Below are positions 1 through 9,418 of a stretch of DNA of 64,000 bases, one piece after another. Origin of the DNA: a virus; the IMG/VR virus record IMGVR_UViG_3300021093_003900, positions 1 through 64,000 of that record, one strand, 5' to 3'. The notes under the pieces were generated by a model. The model ran no database searches. It was not told where the DNA came from and saw nothing but the letters and a program-made list of their open reading frames with translations. A program made the translations under genes and the position numbers. Within the stretch, counting starts at the first letter, position 1, and every line of letters begins with the position of its first letter.

Positions 1-1
1 C

Positions 2-442
2 ACATCCACTACAAATACACAAGGACAGTATTCTTTTTCACAACCTATAGTAAGTGGAGACGAGTGGTATATTGAAGTTGTAATTCCAACAACAACCTCG
101 AACTTATCTTCTGTTGATTTTATCGGTATTGATGATGTGGTATTACAACGAACACCCATTAAGTCTATACATTATCACAAATATGAAGTGAGTGGAGATA
201 ATCTTATTACAATTAATGATATTTATACTATATCAAGAAGAATAAACGGATTAAATTATACAAAAAGAACTTTGTTATTTACTGAACCACAATGGACTAG
301 TCTAAACACTGGAACTTTAGATCTTAGGAGTTCAATACCCGGTGTTTTGAATACCTACACATTCACACCGAGTGCGGGTGGAACCACTAATCTGTATGTT
401 CTATCACCAGGATTTACAAATCAATCAACTTTAAATTATTAA
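2..442 (+). CDS. 3' part of a large secreted/virion-type protein with a dockerin/EF-hand-like motif (5'-truncated by window)
   Basis: Frame is open from nt 2 (TSTTNTQGQYSF...) to TAA at 442; contains EVSGDNLITINDI resembling a dockerin Ca-binding loop; Thr-rich beta-type sequence. Confidence 0.55.
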   Translation, partial: TSTTNTQGQYSFSQPIVSGDEWYIEVVIPTTTSNLSSVDFIGIDDVVLQRTPIKSIHYHKYEVSGDNLITINDIYTISRRINGLNYTKRTLLFTEPQWTSLNTGTLDLRSSIPGVLNTYTFTPSAGGTTNLYVLSPGFTNQSTLNY

Positions 443-444
443 AT

Positions 445-849
445 ATGGATACATTAATATGTTATTTTATATCGAGTGTAATGACCCTTGCACATATAAA
501 TGGAGTACCTGATACCAAATTAACGTATGGTGCTAAACAAATTGTTACAGAATTAGTCAACGAAAAATATACACTTTGTGACGATGGTAGACCAATTACT
601 GTTGAGATATTATCTATTGAGGCACCAACAAAAGGTATACGGGTAGGCCCATTTGAATTTAAACAGAAAAAAACAATTGTTAAAACAAAAATCACAATGA
701 ATGGTGTTGATTATTATGGAGAAGGTTCAAATAAAACATCCGTATCTTCAACTATATTACAATTACAGGATGAAAATTTACCCTTTGAAAGAACTGAGTT
801 TAGTTCAGCCTTAAGGAAAGCTTTATCAAATTCTTTTGGAAAAAATTAA
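445..849 (+). CDS. hypothetical phage protein
   Basis: 134-aa ORF starting 2 nt after the upstream stop. Confidence 0.75.
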   Translation: MDTLICYFISSVMTLAHINGVPDTKLTYGAKQIVTELVNEKYTLCDDGRPITVEILSIEAPTKGIRVGPFEFKQKKTIVKTKITMNGVDYYGEGSNKTSVSSTILQLQDENLPFERTEFSSALRKALSNSFGKN

Positions 850-890
850 TTTTTGATAAGTCACTCTCAAAAGACTTATATTTTCAAATA

Positions 891-1400
891 CTAATTTGGA
901 TTCTGGAAAATTCTATCGAGTTCGAGATTTTCAACATCACTTCTGGTAGTTTCAAAATCAATATTCCAGTCCCAATAATCTTTGTAATTATCGCCCATAA
1001 TTTCATCTTCATTATTTGCAATTTGATTTTCAGTCGCAAAAGTTCCAAATTCATACTCATAATTTCCTCTTCTTCTTTCATATACTTTAAATGAAAACTC
1101 TAACGAAAATGAATTTTTTTCAGGAATAACAAAATTATTTTCATTGCATGTTGAGTTATTTAAATCATTTAGATTTAGATAAAGTAAATTCCATAAAAAA
1201 AAGAAGTATTGCCAGTCATCGTTATGTAAATTTCTGATATCTGGTAAGTCTAAGAATTTAAACCAAATACGTCTAAGTGTTGAATTACCAATTGAAATAT
1301 CGTCTTCGTCCAAACCACCCAACTCACTTTCTTCAAAAAAATCATACAGTCTTTTTAAAATGTAAAAACACTCAGGCCTAGTTTTAAAAAATTCATTCAT
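891..1400 (-). CDS. hypothetical protein, paralog family A copy 4
   Basis: Shares FFKTRPE..ILKRLY, YFFFLWN..YLN and NFVIPEK motifs with the three upstream ORFs; acidic C-terminus. Confidence 0.8.
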   Translation of the reverse strand: MNEFFKTRPECFYILKRLYDFFEESELGGLDEDDISIGNSTLRRIWFKFLDLPDIRNLHNDDWQYFFFLWNLLYLNLNDLNNSTCNENNFVIPEKNSFSLEFSFKVYERRRGNYEYEFGTFATENQIANNEDEIMGDNYKDYWDWNIDFETTRSDVENLELDRIFQNPN

Positions 1401-1938
1401 ATAAATCCTCCTCTTTGTCTAATGTTAAATCGTCCATTGATACATCACTATTATCCACTTCTTCATCGCTGTAATCAGGATCATATACATATGGATTTGA
1501 CCAATCTGGAATTAATTCCTCATAATTTTCATAATCTTGTAATTGAGTTTTTGTAATATATCCCTCATATTCAATAACATACTCACCATATTCGTGCCTA
1601 TCTTCATCAACCTCCATATCTGCAGTATACTCTCTATATTTTGGTACAACAATATTTTCAACTGTAAGTTGTTTTTGATTCAACAAAATTATATTTTCAC
1701 TAATACAATTCATTAAAAAGAAAAATACTTCATAGTTGTAATCTTTTAAACCAACAAACTTTGCAGTATTTACCCAAAAATTCCAATATGGACCTCTATG
1801 GATATCAATATCATCTGTTTCAAAATTTTCTGCGGTAACATTAAGTCTACGAGAAAATAAACTGTAGTACGCTCTCACAAATGTTACTAAACGTTCTTTT
1901 GTTGGGAATAATTTCAATATATCTTTTTTGCGAGTCAT
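1393..1938 (-). CDS. hypothetical protein, paralog family A copy 3
   Basis: Likely start MTRKK at 1938; FPTKERLVTFV, FFFLMNCISEN, ENIVVPK motifs. Confidence 0.8.
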   Translation of the reverse strand: MTRKKDILKLFPTKERLVTFVRAYYSLFSRRLNVTAENFETDDIDIHRGPYWNFWVNTAKFVGLKDYNYEVFFFLMNCISENIILLNQKQLTVENIVVPKYREYTADMEVDEDRHEYGEYVIEYEGYITKTQLQDYENYEELIPDWSNPYVYDPDYSDEEVDNSDVSMDDLTLDKEEDLYE

Positions 1939-1942
1939 ATCT

Positions 1943-2521
1943 TTAAATATCTCTATTTTTTCTTTTAAGATTATTAACTGAAACAACCCAAATATCCGTT
2001 ACATTTTCATCTTTTACTTCAAAATCACGGTCGAATGATTCAATGTCTCTAAAAGAACCATCATTTTCAGCACCCCACAAAAAATAACTTTTTGCCTGTT
2101 CTGGATACAAAAAACCTGTTATTGGTACATCGTAATAACCACCCATTTTTGCGTCTGTTAGATATTCAACTACGACATTGAAATAATTTTTTTCAGGTTC
2201 TTTCAGATTACTCTCATTTACAAGATCAAATTTAACACCATGGTTTAGTTTAATTAATTTCATTGAATAATAGAAAAAATTGTTAAAAACAAAAGTATCT
2301 GATAAGTCAATTCCGTATTCTAATAAACTACTCTTCAGATTTTGTTCGGTTATAAATGTATCAAAGGTGCTATAATATTTACTATAAATAAACATATTAA
2401 TATCCTCTAATTGTCCATATTCATCAAAATCATTTGGAAATCTGTTTAAAAAAAATGGATACAATTTTTTTAAATAGACCAAAACATCATTTCTTGAATT
2501 AAAAAAATTATAATCATTCAT
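1943..2521 (-). CDS. hypothetical protein, paralog family A copy 2
   Basis: FFNSRNDVLVYLKKLY, FFYYSMKLIKLN, SNLKEPEKNYF motifs. Confidence 0.8.
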   Translation of the reverse strand: MNDYNFFNSRNDVLVYLKKLYPFFLNRFPNDFDEYGQLEDINMFIYSKYYSTFDTFITEQNLKSSLLEYGIDLSDTFVFNNFFYYSMKLIKLNHGVKFDLVNESNLKEPEKNYFNVVVEYLTDAKMGGYYDVPITGFLYPEQAKSYFLWGAENDGSFRDIESFDRDFEVKDENVTDIWVVSVNNLKRKNRDI

Positions 2522-3089
2522 ATATTTTTGGATCTATAGATTTTTTCTTTATAATATTTGAAATTGCCCAATCATCGTAACTTGTGTCACTGTATTCAAC
2601 GTTAGTCAATTCAGGATCCATTTGTTGATATTCAAACCAATCTTTAAGTAGATGATAGTAACCATTATCAAGGTCGCCTTTGTCAGCATAACCGCTGTAA
2701 GGAACTTTATATTCATATCTGTTTCGACTATAGATAATATCATTTACTCTAACAGTAAAGTAATTGTAATTTTTGATTTTTAAATTCTCAGTGGTTAGTT
2801 CGTTTGATAAAATTGATTCTTGATTTTCAATTATTGTATTCATAATGAAAAAAAACCAATTGAAATTATCCGACTCAAAAGAAAAGGTTGATTTGATCGT
2901 ATTCCAATAGTCAAAAATCGGTGAATCCGTTAATTTGATATCATCCTTATTGATAACTTTGATTCCAGTTTTACGAACAAAATAAGAATGGAAAGCTTTT
3001 AAAAATTTGACAAAACTTTCTTTAGTTGGAAATCTACTTCTAACTCTATCTAAAAACTTTTGATACGAACCAAAATTTTCGTTTGACAT
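2514..3089 (-). CDS. hypothetical protein, paralog family A copy 1
   Basis: FPTKESFVKFLK, FFFIMNTIIEN, ENLKIKNYNYF motifs. Confidence 0.8.
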   Translation of the reverse strand: MSNENFGSYQKFLDRVRSRFPTKESFVKFLKAFHSYFVRKTGIKVINKDDIKLTDSPIFDYWNTIKSTFSFESDNFNWFFFIMNTIIENQESILSNELTTENLKIKNYNYFTVRVNDIIYSRNRYEYKVPYSGYADKGDLDNGYYHLLKDWFEYQQMDPELTNVEYSDTSYDDWAISNIIKKKSIDPKIYE

Positions 3090-3099
3090 AAATTCATTT

Positions 3100-3939
3100 T
3101 TAACTCAACAAACTATAGTATTCTTTGAAATGTTTTAAACGATCAACGAGACCTATTGTTCCACCGTTAACTCTTTTAGTAACGGCTGTGACTGTAGCTT
3201 CATCAGCTCCTTTATCACAAATTGACCACAATTTATTTGAATCAAAAAAGAATGCGGCTGATGCTAACGGATATTTTGTAGCAACTAAATCTGGATTAGC
3301 TACGGTATCCTCACCGATAAACTTAGCAAAGTTGGTGTAGTTTTGTTTACCAGTCAATTGAATAAAACCACGACCTCTAAATTTGAAACCTTCCTTTGTT
3401 GTTTCATCACCATTACCCATTCTACCGCCATAAACTTTAGATGCGATTTTTTCAGGATTACGAGCGTATGATTCCGCAAGATTACTAGGAAAATATTTTG
3501 GAAATATTTTTTTCAAACCATCAGCAGAATAGTTCAAATTTTCTTGAATGTGTTTAAATCCTCCAGATTCGTGACCACATTGTGCCAAGAAATGTGCTAA
3601 TCTAAGAGGTGTTGTAATATTAAATTTTTTCGCGGTATCAGGAATTTGAGCGATTACTGAATCAGGAATGTGACCTTTTAATTTTTCTAATTTAAAAACA
3701 CCACCTGTTGGTATTACAACGTCTTCTTTTACAACTTGTGGTTGTGGTGATGCTGTTGTTGGGAACATTTTTGCCCAAGTACCGTCACCAACAATACCAT
3801 CGGCTGTTAATCCATTAGTGGTTTGCCATTCCTTAACTTTTTTTTCTGTACCAGCACCAAATACACCATCAGCCGTCAGACCAAGTTTAGTTTGAAGTTT
3901 TTTAACATCATCACCTTTTGAGTTTAATTTAAGTAACAT
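3100..3939 (-). CDS. endolysin: peptidoglycan-binding domain + glycoside hydrolase family 19
   Basis: N-terminal PG-binding repeats (ADGVFGAGT, ADGIVGDGTW); GH19 motifs LAHFLAQCGHESGGF, ENLNYS, FRGRGFIQLTG, VTKRVNGG. Confidence 0.92.
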   Translation of the reverse strand: MLLKLNSKGDDVKKLQTKLGLTADGVFGAGTEKKVKEWQTTNGLTADGIVGDGTWAKMFPTTASPQPQVVKEDVVIPTGGVFKLEKLKGHIPDSVIAQIPDTAKKFNITTPLRLAHFLAQCGHESGGFKHIQENLNYSADGLKKIFPKYFPSNLAESYARNPEKIASKVYGGRMGNGDETTKEGFKFRGRGFIQLTGKQNYTNFAKFIGEDTVANPDLVATKYPLASAAFFFDSNKLWSICDKGADEATVTAVTKRVNGGTIGLVDRLKHFKEYYSLLS

Positions 3940-4007
3940 AATTTTGAATTTTTGTATTTAATCCACTCAATTCTGATTTAACATTGAGCTTCATTGGTAA
4001 ATATTCG

Positions 4008-4490
4008 TTACACCCAAATTTGTCCATTAAACTTGGGTACCATTTTTCTTATTTTATGCTTTGAAAGATTAGATAGTGGTGTATTATACAAAATTATATG
4101 ACCTCCAACTTCTAAGTCTGGTGGTAGTTCAGTAATATTGGTATTTTCGAGAGTTAGATCATCCTTAACTTTAAGACCACTTGGAAGTGATACGAGATTT
4201 ACAGATCCATATAAATTTAAATCACTATGTACTGTTAAATTATTCGGAAGTGATTTCAGATTTTTACAGTTAACTAACCATAAATTACCATTAACTGTGG
4301 TAAGGTTTTTTGGTAAGAAATCTATAGATGAACTAATTAGAAGTAGATCACCCTGTGAACCATTCTTAATGTAATCACGTATTATTCTATGGGTTCTAAA
4401 AAGTAATTTCTTATCCTTTTCCTCTTTTGTTCTTCGAGGAATAAAGATGTTTTCATCACTTTCTTTTAATATGTCCAAGAATTTGATCAT
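4008..4490 (-). CDS. leucine-rich/beta-solenoid repeat protein
   Basis: Repeats of the form LPxNLxVxGxLxL (LPKNLTTVNGNLWL, LPNNLTVHSDLNL, LPSGLKVKDDLTL, LPPDLEVGGHIIL). Confidence 0.8.
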   Translation of the reverse strand: MIKFLDILKESDENIFIPRRTKEEKDKKLLFRTHRIIRDYIKNGSQGDLLLISSSIDFLPKNLTTVNGNLWLVNCKNLKSLPNNLTVHSDLNLYGSVNLVSLPSGLKVKDDLTLENTNITELPPDLEVGGHIILYNTPLSNLSKHKIRKMVPKFNGQIWV

Positions 4491-4537
4491 AAATAATAAA
4501 TATTCTTACCAATAATAATATTTATATGAAAAAAATT

Positions 4538-5143
4538 ATGAGAGATCTTATAAAACAAATTCTTAAAGAAGATTTGGTCAAACGACCAATGCTTCTTAAA
4601 GAAAACTGTGAAATTTCTGAGTCTTTGAGACATCACTTAACTAATAAATTGACTCTTTCTGAGAATGTATACAGACCATTTTCAGATAGTTATTTTGAAT
4701 TGATAAATGAAGTTCGTGAGTTGTATTCGATGGACATGATCGAATTGAATGAAGATGATGAGTGGTTTATAAATACAGACATTGGGAAGACAGCATACTA
4801 CAACGGTGATATTGTTTGGTTGGACATTCCGTTTAGAGACGGAAATTTTATATCAGAAGCCGAATATCGCGGTCGTAAAGTAAACTTGAATTCTCCATTC
4901 AGAACACCTGGTGGGCCCAAAAAATTTTCAGTTTATGTTAAGAATAAATCAGGTAATATTATTAAAGTGTCTTTTGGTGACCCAAATCTCAGAGTAAGAA
5001 ATAATAACCCAAAAGCAGCAAAATCTTTTAGAGCTAGACATAAATGTCACACTAAAAAAGACAAAACAAAAGCTGGATACTGGTCTTGTAATATTTCAAG
5101 ATACAGATCTAAACTTGGTATCAAATCATCAAGTCCTTGGTAA
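4538..5143 (+). CDS. conserved phage protein with basic Cys-containing C-terminal domain (DUF6321-like)
   Basis: AEYRGRKVNLNSPFR...SFRARHKC...AGYWSC; probable start MRDLIK at 4538 (ORF track start 4526). Confidence 0.7.
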   Translation: MRDLIKQILKEDLVKRPMLLKENCEISESLRHHLTNKLTLSENVYRPFSDSYFELINEVRELYSMDMIELNEDDEWFINTDIGKTAYYNGDIVWLDIPFRDGNFISEAEYRGRKVNLNSPFRTPGGPKKFSVYVKNKSGNIIKVSFGDPNLRVRNNNPKAAKSFRARHKCHTKKDKTKAGYWSCNISRYRSKLGIKSSSPW

Positions 5144-5412
5144 TGTCAAAACTTCCTTTCACTCAAATTTTAGACAATAATTCAATAGTTCGAAAGTTTT
5201 CTGAAAAAGTAAAAACTCATGAACTTAAGTGGCATTATGATCTAAAACATCGTAAAGTTGTTTGTGAACACGATACTGATTGGTTATTTCAAAGAGATAA
5301 TGAATTACCAATTAAACTAGAAAAAGGAAAAATGATTGAAATCCCATCTTATCAGTATCACAGAATTATTAAAGGTAAAGGTGATTTAGTTGTGAGAATA
5401 TGGGAATTTTAA
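5143..5412 (+). CDS. small cupin-like phage protein
   Basis: ELKWHYD...WLFQRDNELP...IP..YHRIIKGKGDL cupin-type His motifs. Confidence 0.6.
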   Translation: MSKLPFTQILDNNSIVRKFSEKVKTHELKWHYDLKHRKVVCEHDTDWLFQRDNELPIKLEKGKMIEIPSYQYHRIIKGKGDLVVRIWEF

Positions 5413-5427
5413 AATAATCAAAAGATA

Positions 5428-6369
5428 TCAACTTTCTCCTTCATAATTGACGTTGACATCTTGTTCAATATCAAGAGTATCGTCCTGATCCACATCTAGC
5501 ATAATTTCTTGCTCTCCGATAGCCATAAGATCATCAATCATACTTACCTTTTTCTCGTCAAGGTCGTATTTTGCATTTATTTCTAGAGTTTTTGCATCAC
5601 ATAATGATTTATTTGATGTTTTTGGTAAATTTCTGATGTGTGTCAAAATGTAAGGAGGAAGTTCAGTCATCATTGAATCAATTTGATGATCCAACACATT
5701 CCAAAATGTTGGTGAACTTTCATCATTTACATCCCAAAAAACAGCCACTTTATAACCTGTAATTTTATTAATACAATAAATTAAAATTCCACGAGAATAG
5801 TATCTAAAAAAATGATGCGGATTATTTTTAGATGTGGTACACCATTTTGTTCCAGACCCATAAGATTTCGAGGATTCAAAAGTCAAAGGTCTTATGACAA
5901 GCCATTCTTCGTCATCAATGAGTTTGATTACTTCTTTACTTGAACTTTTTACAATAAATTTTGCGTGTGCTTTATGATAAACTTCTCTCAATTGGTCTAA
6001 ATCAGAAATGGTATTAAGATCTAAATTTTCAACATAATTTTTCTGGTAAAGATCCATAAAATCCAAAATCAGTTCTTTTTCACAATATTCATTTAAGAAA
6101 TTATTAAAATAGTCAACCAAAAAATTAATTTCATTTAAATTAATTTTTGACTCTCCGAATTTATCTGATATTTTATCAATTCGTAAACTACTGTACACGT
6201 TGTTTTCAAAGAGACTAGGTTGAACTCTTTTTTTTAGTTCACTTATAATACATTTAGTCATCAGTGGAACGAATTTATTTGTATCGGAACTATCCAAAAG
6301 TGTTAAATAATCCAAAAAAGAAAAGTTCAATTGAGGATTTCTTTGTTTTATTTCTGATAATTTTGCCAT
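5428..6369 (-). CDS. conserved phage protein (PcfJ-like motif)
   Basis: WLVIRPLTFESSKSYGSGTKWCTT motif; downstream of the thioesterase in the same orientation. Confidence 0.55.
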   Translation of the reverse strand: MAKLSEIKQRNPQLNFSFLDYLTLLDSSDTNKFVPLMTKCIISELKKRVQPSLFENNVYSSLRIDKISDKFGESKINLNEINFLVDYFNNFLNEYCEKELILDFMDLYQKNYVENLDLNTISDLDQLREVYHKAHAKFIVKSSSKEVIKLIDDEEWLVIRPLTFESSKSYGSGTKWCTTSKNNPHHFFRYYSRGILIYCINKITGYKVAVFWDVNDESSPTFWNVLDHQIDSMMTELPPYILTHIRNLPKTSNKSLCDAKTLEINAKYDLDEKKVSMIDDLMAIGEQEIMLDVDQDDTLDIEQDVNVNYEGES

Positions 6370-6381
6370 TTTGAAATTTTT

Positions 6382-6798
6382 TTATTTTTGAATTATATTG
6401 TTTGTTTCTGAACCAAAACCATATTTAGCTTTTACTCTTTGTGAAATTGGAATTGGATTACCGTCCTCATCAATCCTTACAAAGGTAATGTAGGTTGATA
6501 ATATCGTTGTTTGATTTCCTGTGTATACATTATGAGTCCTTGCTTCGATGTAAAGTTTTAAAGAAGTATTTCCAATCGTATCAACTTTACCATACACTTT
6601 GAGTAAATGACCTTCTCTTGCTGGTTTTTTGAATAAACATTCATCTATTTTAATTGTAACCATACGAGGTGTATCACACACTTGCATAGCCAAAGAAGCT
6701 CCAGCAGAATCCAACCATTTTAGTAATGTTCCACCAAATAGATTTCCGTGAAAACCTAAATCTGATTTTTTTACAGGATGTGTCGATATGAGTTCCAT
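6382..6798 (-). CDS. acyl-CoA thioesterase (hotdog fold, YciA-like)
   Basis: DLGFHGNLFGGTLLKWLD, FKKP, GNTSL, TFVRIDEDGNPIPI motifs. Confidence 0.9.
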   Translation of the reverse strand: MELISTHPVKKSDLGFHGNLFGGTLLKWLDSAGASLAMQVCDTPRMVTIKIDECLFKKPAREGHLLKVYGKVDTIGNTSLKLYIEARTHNVYTGNQTTILSTYITFVRIDEDGNPIPISQRVKAKYGFGSETNNIIQK

Positions 6799-6803
6799 AT
6801 CAA

Positions 6804-6834
6804 CAAATGTAAATCAAAAAACAATCAAGTCAAA
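6804..6834 (-). promoter_or_regulatory. Bacteroidota primary-sigma-type promoter (-33 TTTG / -7 TACATTTG)
   Basis: Minus strand TTTG-N19-TACATTTG immediately upstream of the thioesterase ATG. Confidence 0.7.
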
Positions 6835-6865
6835 TAACGTGGATAATAGTTTTCTACAAAATAGT

Positions 6866-7468
6866 TCACTCTTGTTTGGATTTTTTTGCGACTTTTTGAA
6901 GAATTTTTTTGATAAAACTTTGATTTACAGATATAACACTTAACGCAACAATTCTTTTAGCCAAGTCATTTAAATCCTGACTTGAAAATGTCCCAGCATT
7001 TATTTTTAAAATGTAATCTAGTATTGGTAAAAGAAATATGAAAAAAACAATTTCATTTACCATCTTAGCTGATTTTGTTGTATTTGATATGAATGTTCGA
7101 AACAAATTCATCATTTTTTCCGTACTTTTTTTGATCGAATTAAATTCTTTTGTTAAATTTTTTTCTCTGATTAATCTAGAAATTTGACGAATTTCACTGA
7201 CGTTTTGATTATAATAAACAGAACATACTCCGATAATAAGAAGAATTTTTTCGGAGTCAGTTAGATTTGGAAATTCGGAACTTAGAGATGCATTTAGAGG
7301 TCGTACCAATGCACCTATAATGGCTGAGTACGTGAGTAAAAATTTTGTATTTTCTATACCCAAAGTTTTTGCGGTTCTATAAATGGATTTTGTCGCTTTT
7401 TCCAAACCAGAAAAAATTTTCATCAAATCTTCATCAAACCCCTCAGATAAAATTAAATTTTGTGCCAT
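6866..7468 (-). CDS. hypothetical helical membrane-associated protein
   Basis: Start MAQNLILSE at 7468; several hydrophobic segments. Confidence 0.7.
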   Translation of the reverse strand: MAQNLILSEGFDEDLMKIFSGLEKATKSIYRTAKTLGIENTKFLLTYSAIIGALVRPLNASLSSEFPNLTDSEKILLIIGVCSVYYNQNVSEIRQISRLIREKNLTKEFNSIKKSTEKMMNLFRTFISNTTKSAKMVNEIVFFIFLLPILDYILKINAGTFSSQDLNDLAKRIVALSVISVNQSFIKKILQKVAKKSKQE

Positions 7469-7491
7469 ACCCCTATAAATACACAATGAAC

Positions 7492-7574
7492 AAAAAAAAA
7501 GTCACACGGTAACCCCCAAACTTAACTAACAATCGCCGACCAAGACTATGAAATTAATTTGACCCGTGTGACAT
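7492..7574 (-). ncRNA. candidate small structured RNA (~80 nt rod-like hairpin with U-tail)
   Basis: GTCACACGG (7501-7509) and CCGTGTGAC (7564-7572) inverted repeat, extended inner pairing, 9 U after the stem on the minus strand, TTTG-N19-TATATTTT promoter at 7577-7607. Confidence 0.5.
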
Positions 7575-7623
7575 TTAAAATATAAAATACTTTTTTTGTA
7601 AATCAAATATTTATTTAAAAAAA

Positions 7624-8472
7624 ATGAGTAAAAAAATTTATTTGACTGAATCTGAACTCAGAAAGTTAATTGGTCGTGTAATTAAAGAACAAAGTATGGG
7701 TGGAATGCTAACTCCACAAGCGTTTGCACAAGCCTCCGTAGAAGCAGGACAACTAATTAAAAAAGGTGTGTCGACTGCCTTTTCCGATGTAAGTAAGAGA
7801 ATTTGGGATTATGTTGCACGTATAAAAAAATTGGCAATTATATTTCCAGATATGACAGATGAAAAGGAAAGAATAGCTGCAAGTTATATGCATAAATATT
7901 TACCAATCTTTGCAAACCAAGCGGGTTGGACTTCATACGTTTTAAATTCTTTAACAGGGTATAATAGATTAATAAGTACATTGAGTAGTAAGGGTGTAAA
8001 ATTAGACCAACTTATAATTGGCTCTCATGGTGACGGGAAACATTTACTTATGACTAATAACGATGGTGTCGCAAACGCTGATTTTTTATCAAGTATTAAA
8101 AATATAATAACAAATCAAACTATCATTTATTTTACAGCTTGTTATGGTGCAGACAGCCTTAGACTATTGTATGACGCTGCTTGCAAAACTAATACTACCG
8201 TATATGCTTCAACTGGTGTCAATTATTTTAGTTTTGGCTCTGAAAAAGGATTTTACTCATGTTCACCAAAACCATTATTACCAGAAGATAGAAAACAATA
8301 CGACGATTGGGACTATGCAAAAAAGGCAAAGGGTGGTGAACGTGCATATAATGAACTTTTATTAAGAGGTGGATACTGTAAACCTGTTTCTAGTCCACCT
8401 CCATGGTTTGTAGTACCGGGAGCTATGGGGGGAATAGTAAAACCTATTGCGAAAGCTTTAGGGTATGAGTAA
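7624..8472 (+). CDS. putative clan-CD-like cysteine peptidase domain protein (DUF4347-like) with N-terminal leader
   Basis: LIIGSHGDG ... IYFTACYGA His/Cys dyad spacing; N-terminal KKIYLTESELRKLIGRVIKEQ. Confidence 0.55.
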   Translation: MSKKIYLTESELRKLIGRVIKEQSMGGMLTPQAFAQASVEAGQLIKKGVSTAFSDVSKRIWDYVARIKKLAIIFPDMTDEKERIAASYMHKYLPIFANQAGWTSYVLNSLTGYNRLISTLSSKGVKLDQLIIGSHGDGKHLLMTNNDGVANADFLSSIKNIITNQTIIYFTACYGADSLRLLYDAACKTNTTVYASTGVNYFSFGSEKGFYSCSPKPLLPEDRKQYDDWDYAKKAKGGERAYNELLLRGGYCKPVSSPPPWFVVPGAMGGIVKPIAKALGYE

Positions 8473-8529
8473 GAATGATGGGTAATTTGAAATAAAGAAA
8501 ATTTAAAGATATTTATTAGAAAAAAAATT

Positions 8530-9330
8530 ATGAACGCATATTTCGTAGGGATCACTCAACAAGAAAAAAATAACATTCTGGATCAACATAAGAAAATTTA
8601 TGATGGGTACAGATTAGTTCAACAAAACAATACTGAACCACAACCTTTGTATGTTCAAGATTTTGCAAACGACAAGGATGGTTTTGTTGTAAATAATAAG
8701 GGTGATGTAAAAAAATATACAAATATGGGTATCAATGAATCTCAAAAAGATTTTGAAACTATTGAGATGGAGGAAGATGATTGTGTTGAATGTGGCATGA
8801 AGGAAACTTACGAAGATATGTATATGGATCAACCTTCGGAGGAAGATTTTCAAGAAATTGGATTTGAATTTGAAAAACCAATAACTATCCGTGGAAATGT
8901 ATACCACAACACAGGTGACCTCGAAAGGGGTGAAAATATAAATTTAGGAAGTATAATGAACACAGAGGATGGTCTTAGATTTATGTCTATGTCAAACAAA
9001 CCAGAAGGATTAACCCTAGATGAGTTAGTAGACCTTTTAAACCCAATGGATATGGGTGATGCTCATGCGTATCGTGATGATATGGATATGCACCCAGAAG
9101 CGGATGAAATAGATTTAGAAGATTTGTATGCGGCATCCGAGTTTTATGATAAGTTAAAATCAGGTGAGGGACAAAAACCAAGTGATCGATTAAATGAACC
9201 GTCGGACGAGAAAGACAACAATTGGATGTTTGTTGAAGATGAGTTTACGGAGAGTGAAGACTTGGATGAATCATTTTACACACAAAGAAACAAAATACTT
9301 GAAATGTTTCAAAGAACGTCTAGGTTTTGA
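8530..9330 (+). CDS. acidic hypothetical phage protein
   Basis: 266-aa ORF, Asp/Glu-rich, preceded by TATTTA. Confidence 0.75.
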   Translation: MNAYFVGITQQEKNNILDQHKKIYDGYRLVQQNNTEPQPLYVQDFANDKDGFVVNNKGDVKKYTNMGINESQKDFETIEMEEDDCVECGMKETYEDMYMDQPSEEDFQEIGFEFEKPITIRGNVYHNTGDLERGENINLGSIMNTEDGLRFMSMSNKPEGLTLDELVDLLNPMDMGDAHAYRDDMDMHPEADEIDLEDLYAASEFYDKLKSGEGQKPSDRLNEPSDEKDNNWMFVEDEFTESEDLDESFYTQRNKILEMFQRTSRF

Positions 9331-9418
9331 GAATTTTCCGTGAGTTTTTTGTAGATCAAATTTAATGGGAAATATTGATTTTTTTAAAAAAATGAGATAT
9401 TTGTAAGAAAAAAAAATT

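Noticed and set aside
3929-3994. 21-codon minus-strand uORF overlapping the endolysin start
   Set aside because: Too short to support from sequence alone, with no recognisable motif; may be chance.
7492-7574. Possible SRP (4.5S) RNA or 6S RNA identity for the rod-like hairpin
   Set aside because: It lacks the SRP helix-8 GNRA loop and CAGG/AGCAG motif and is too short for 6S; kept only as an unassigned sRNA candidate.
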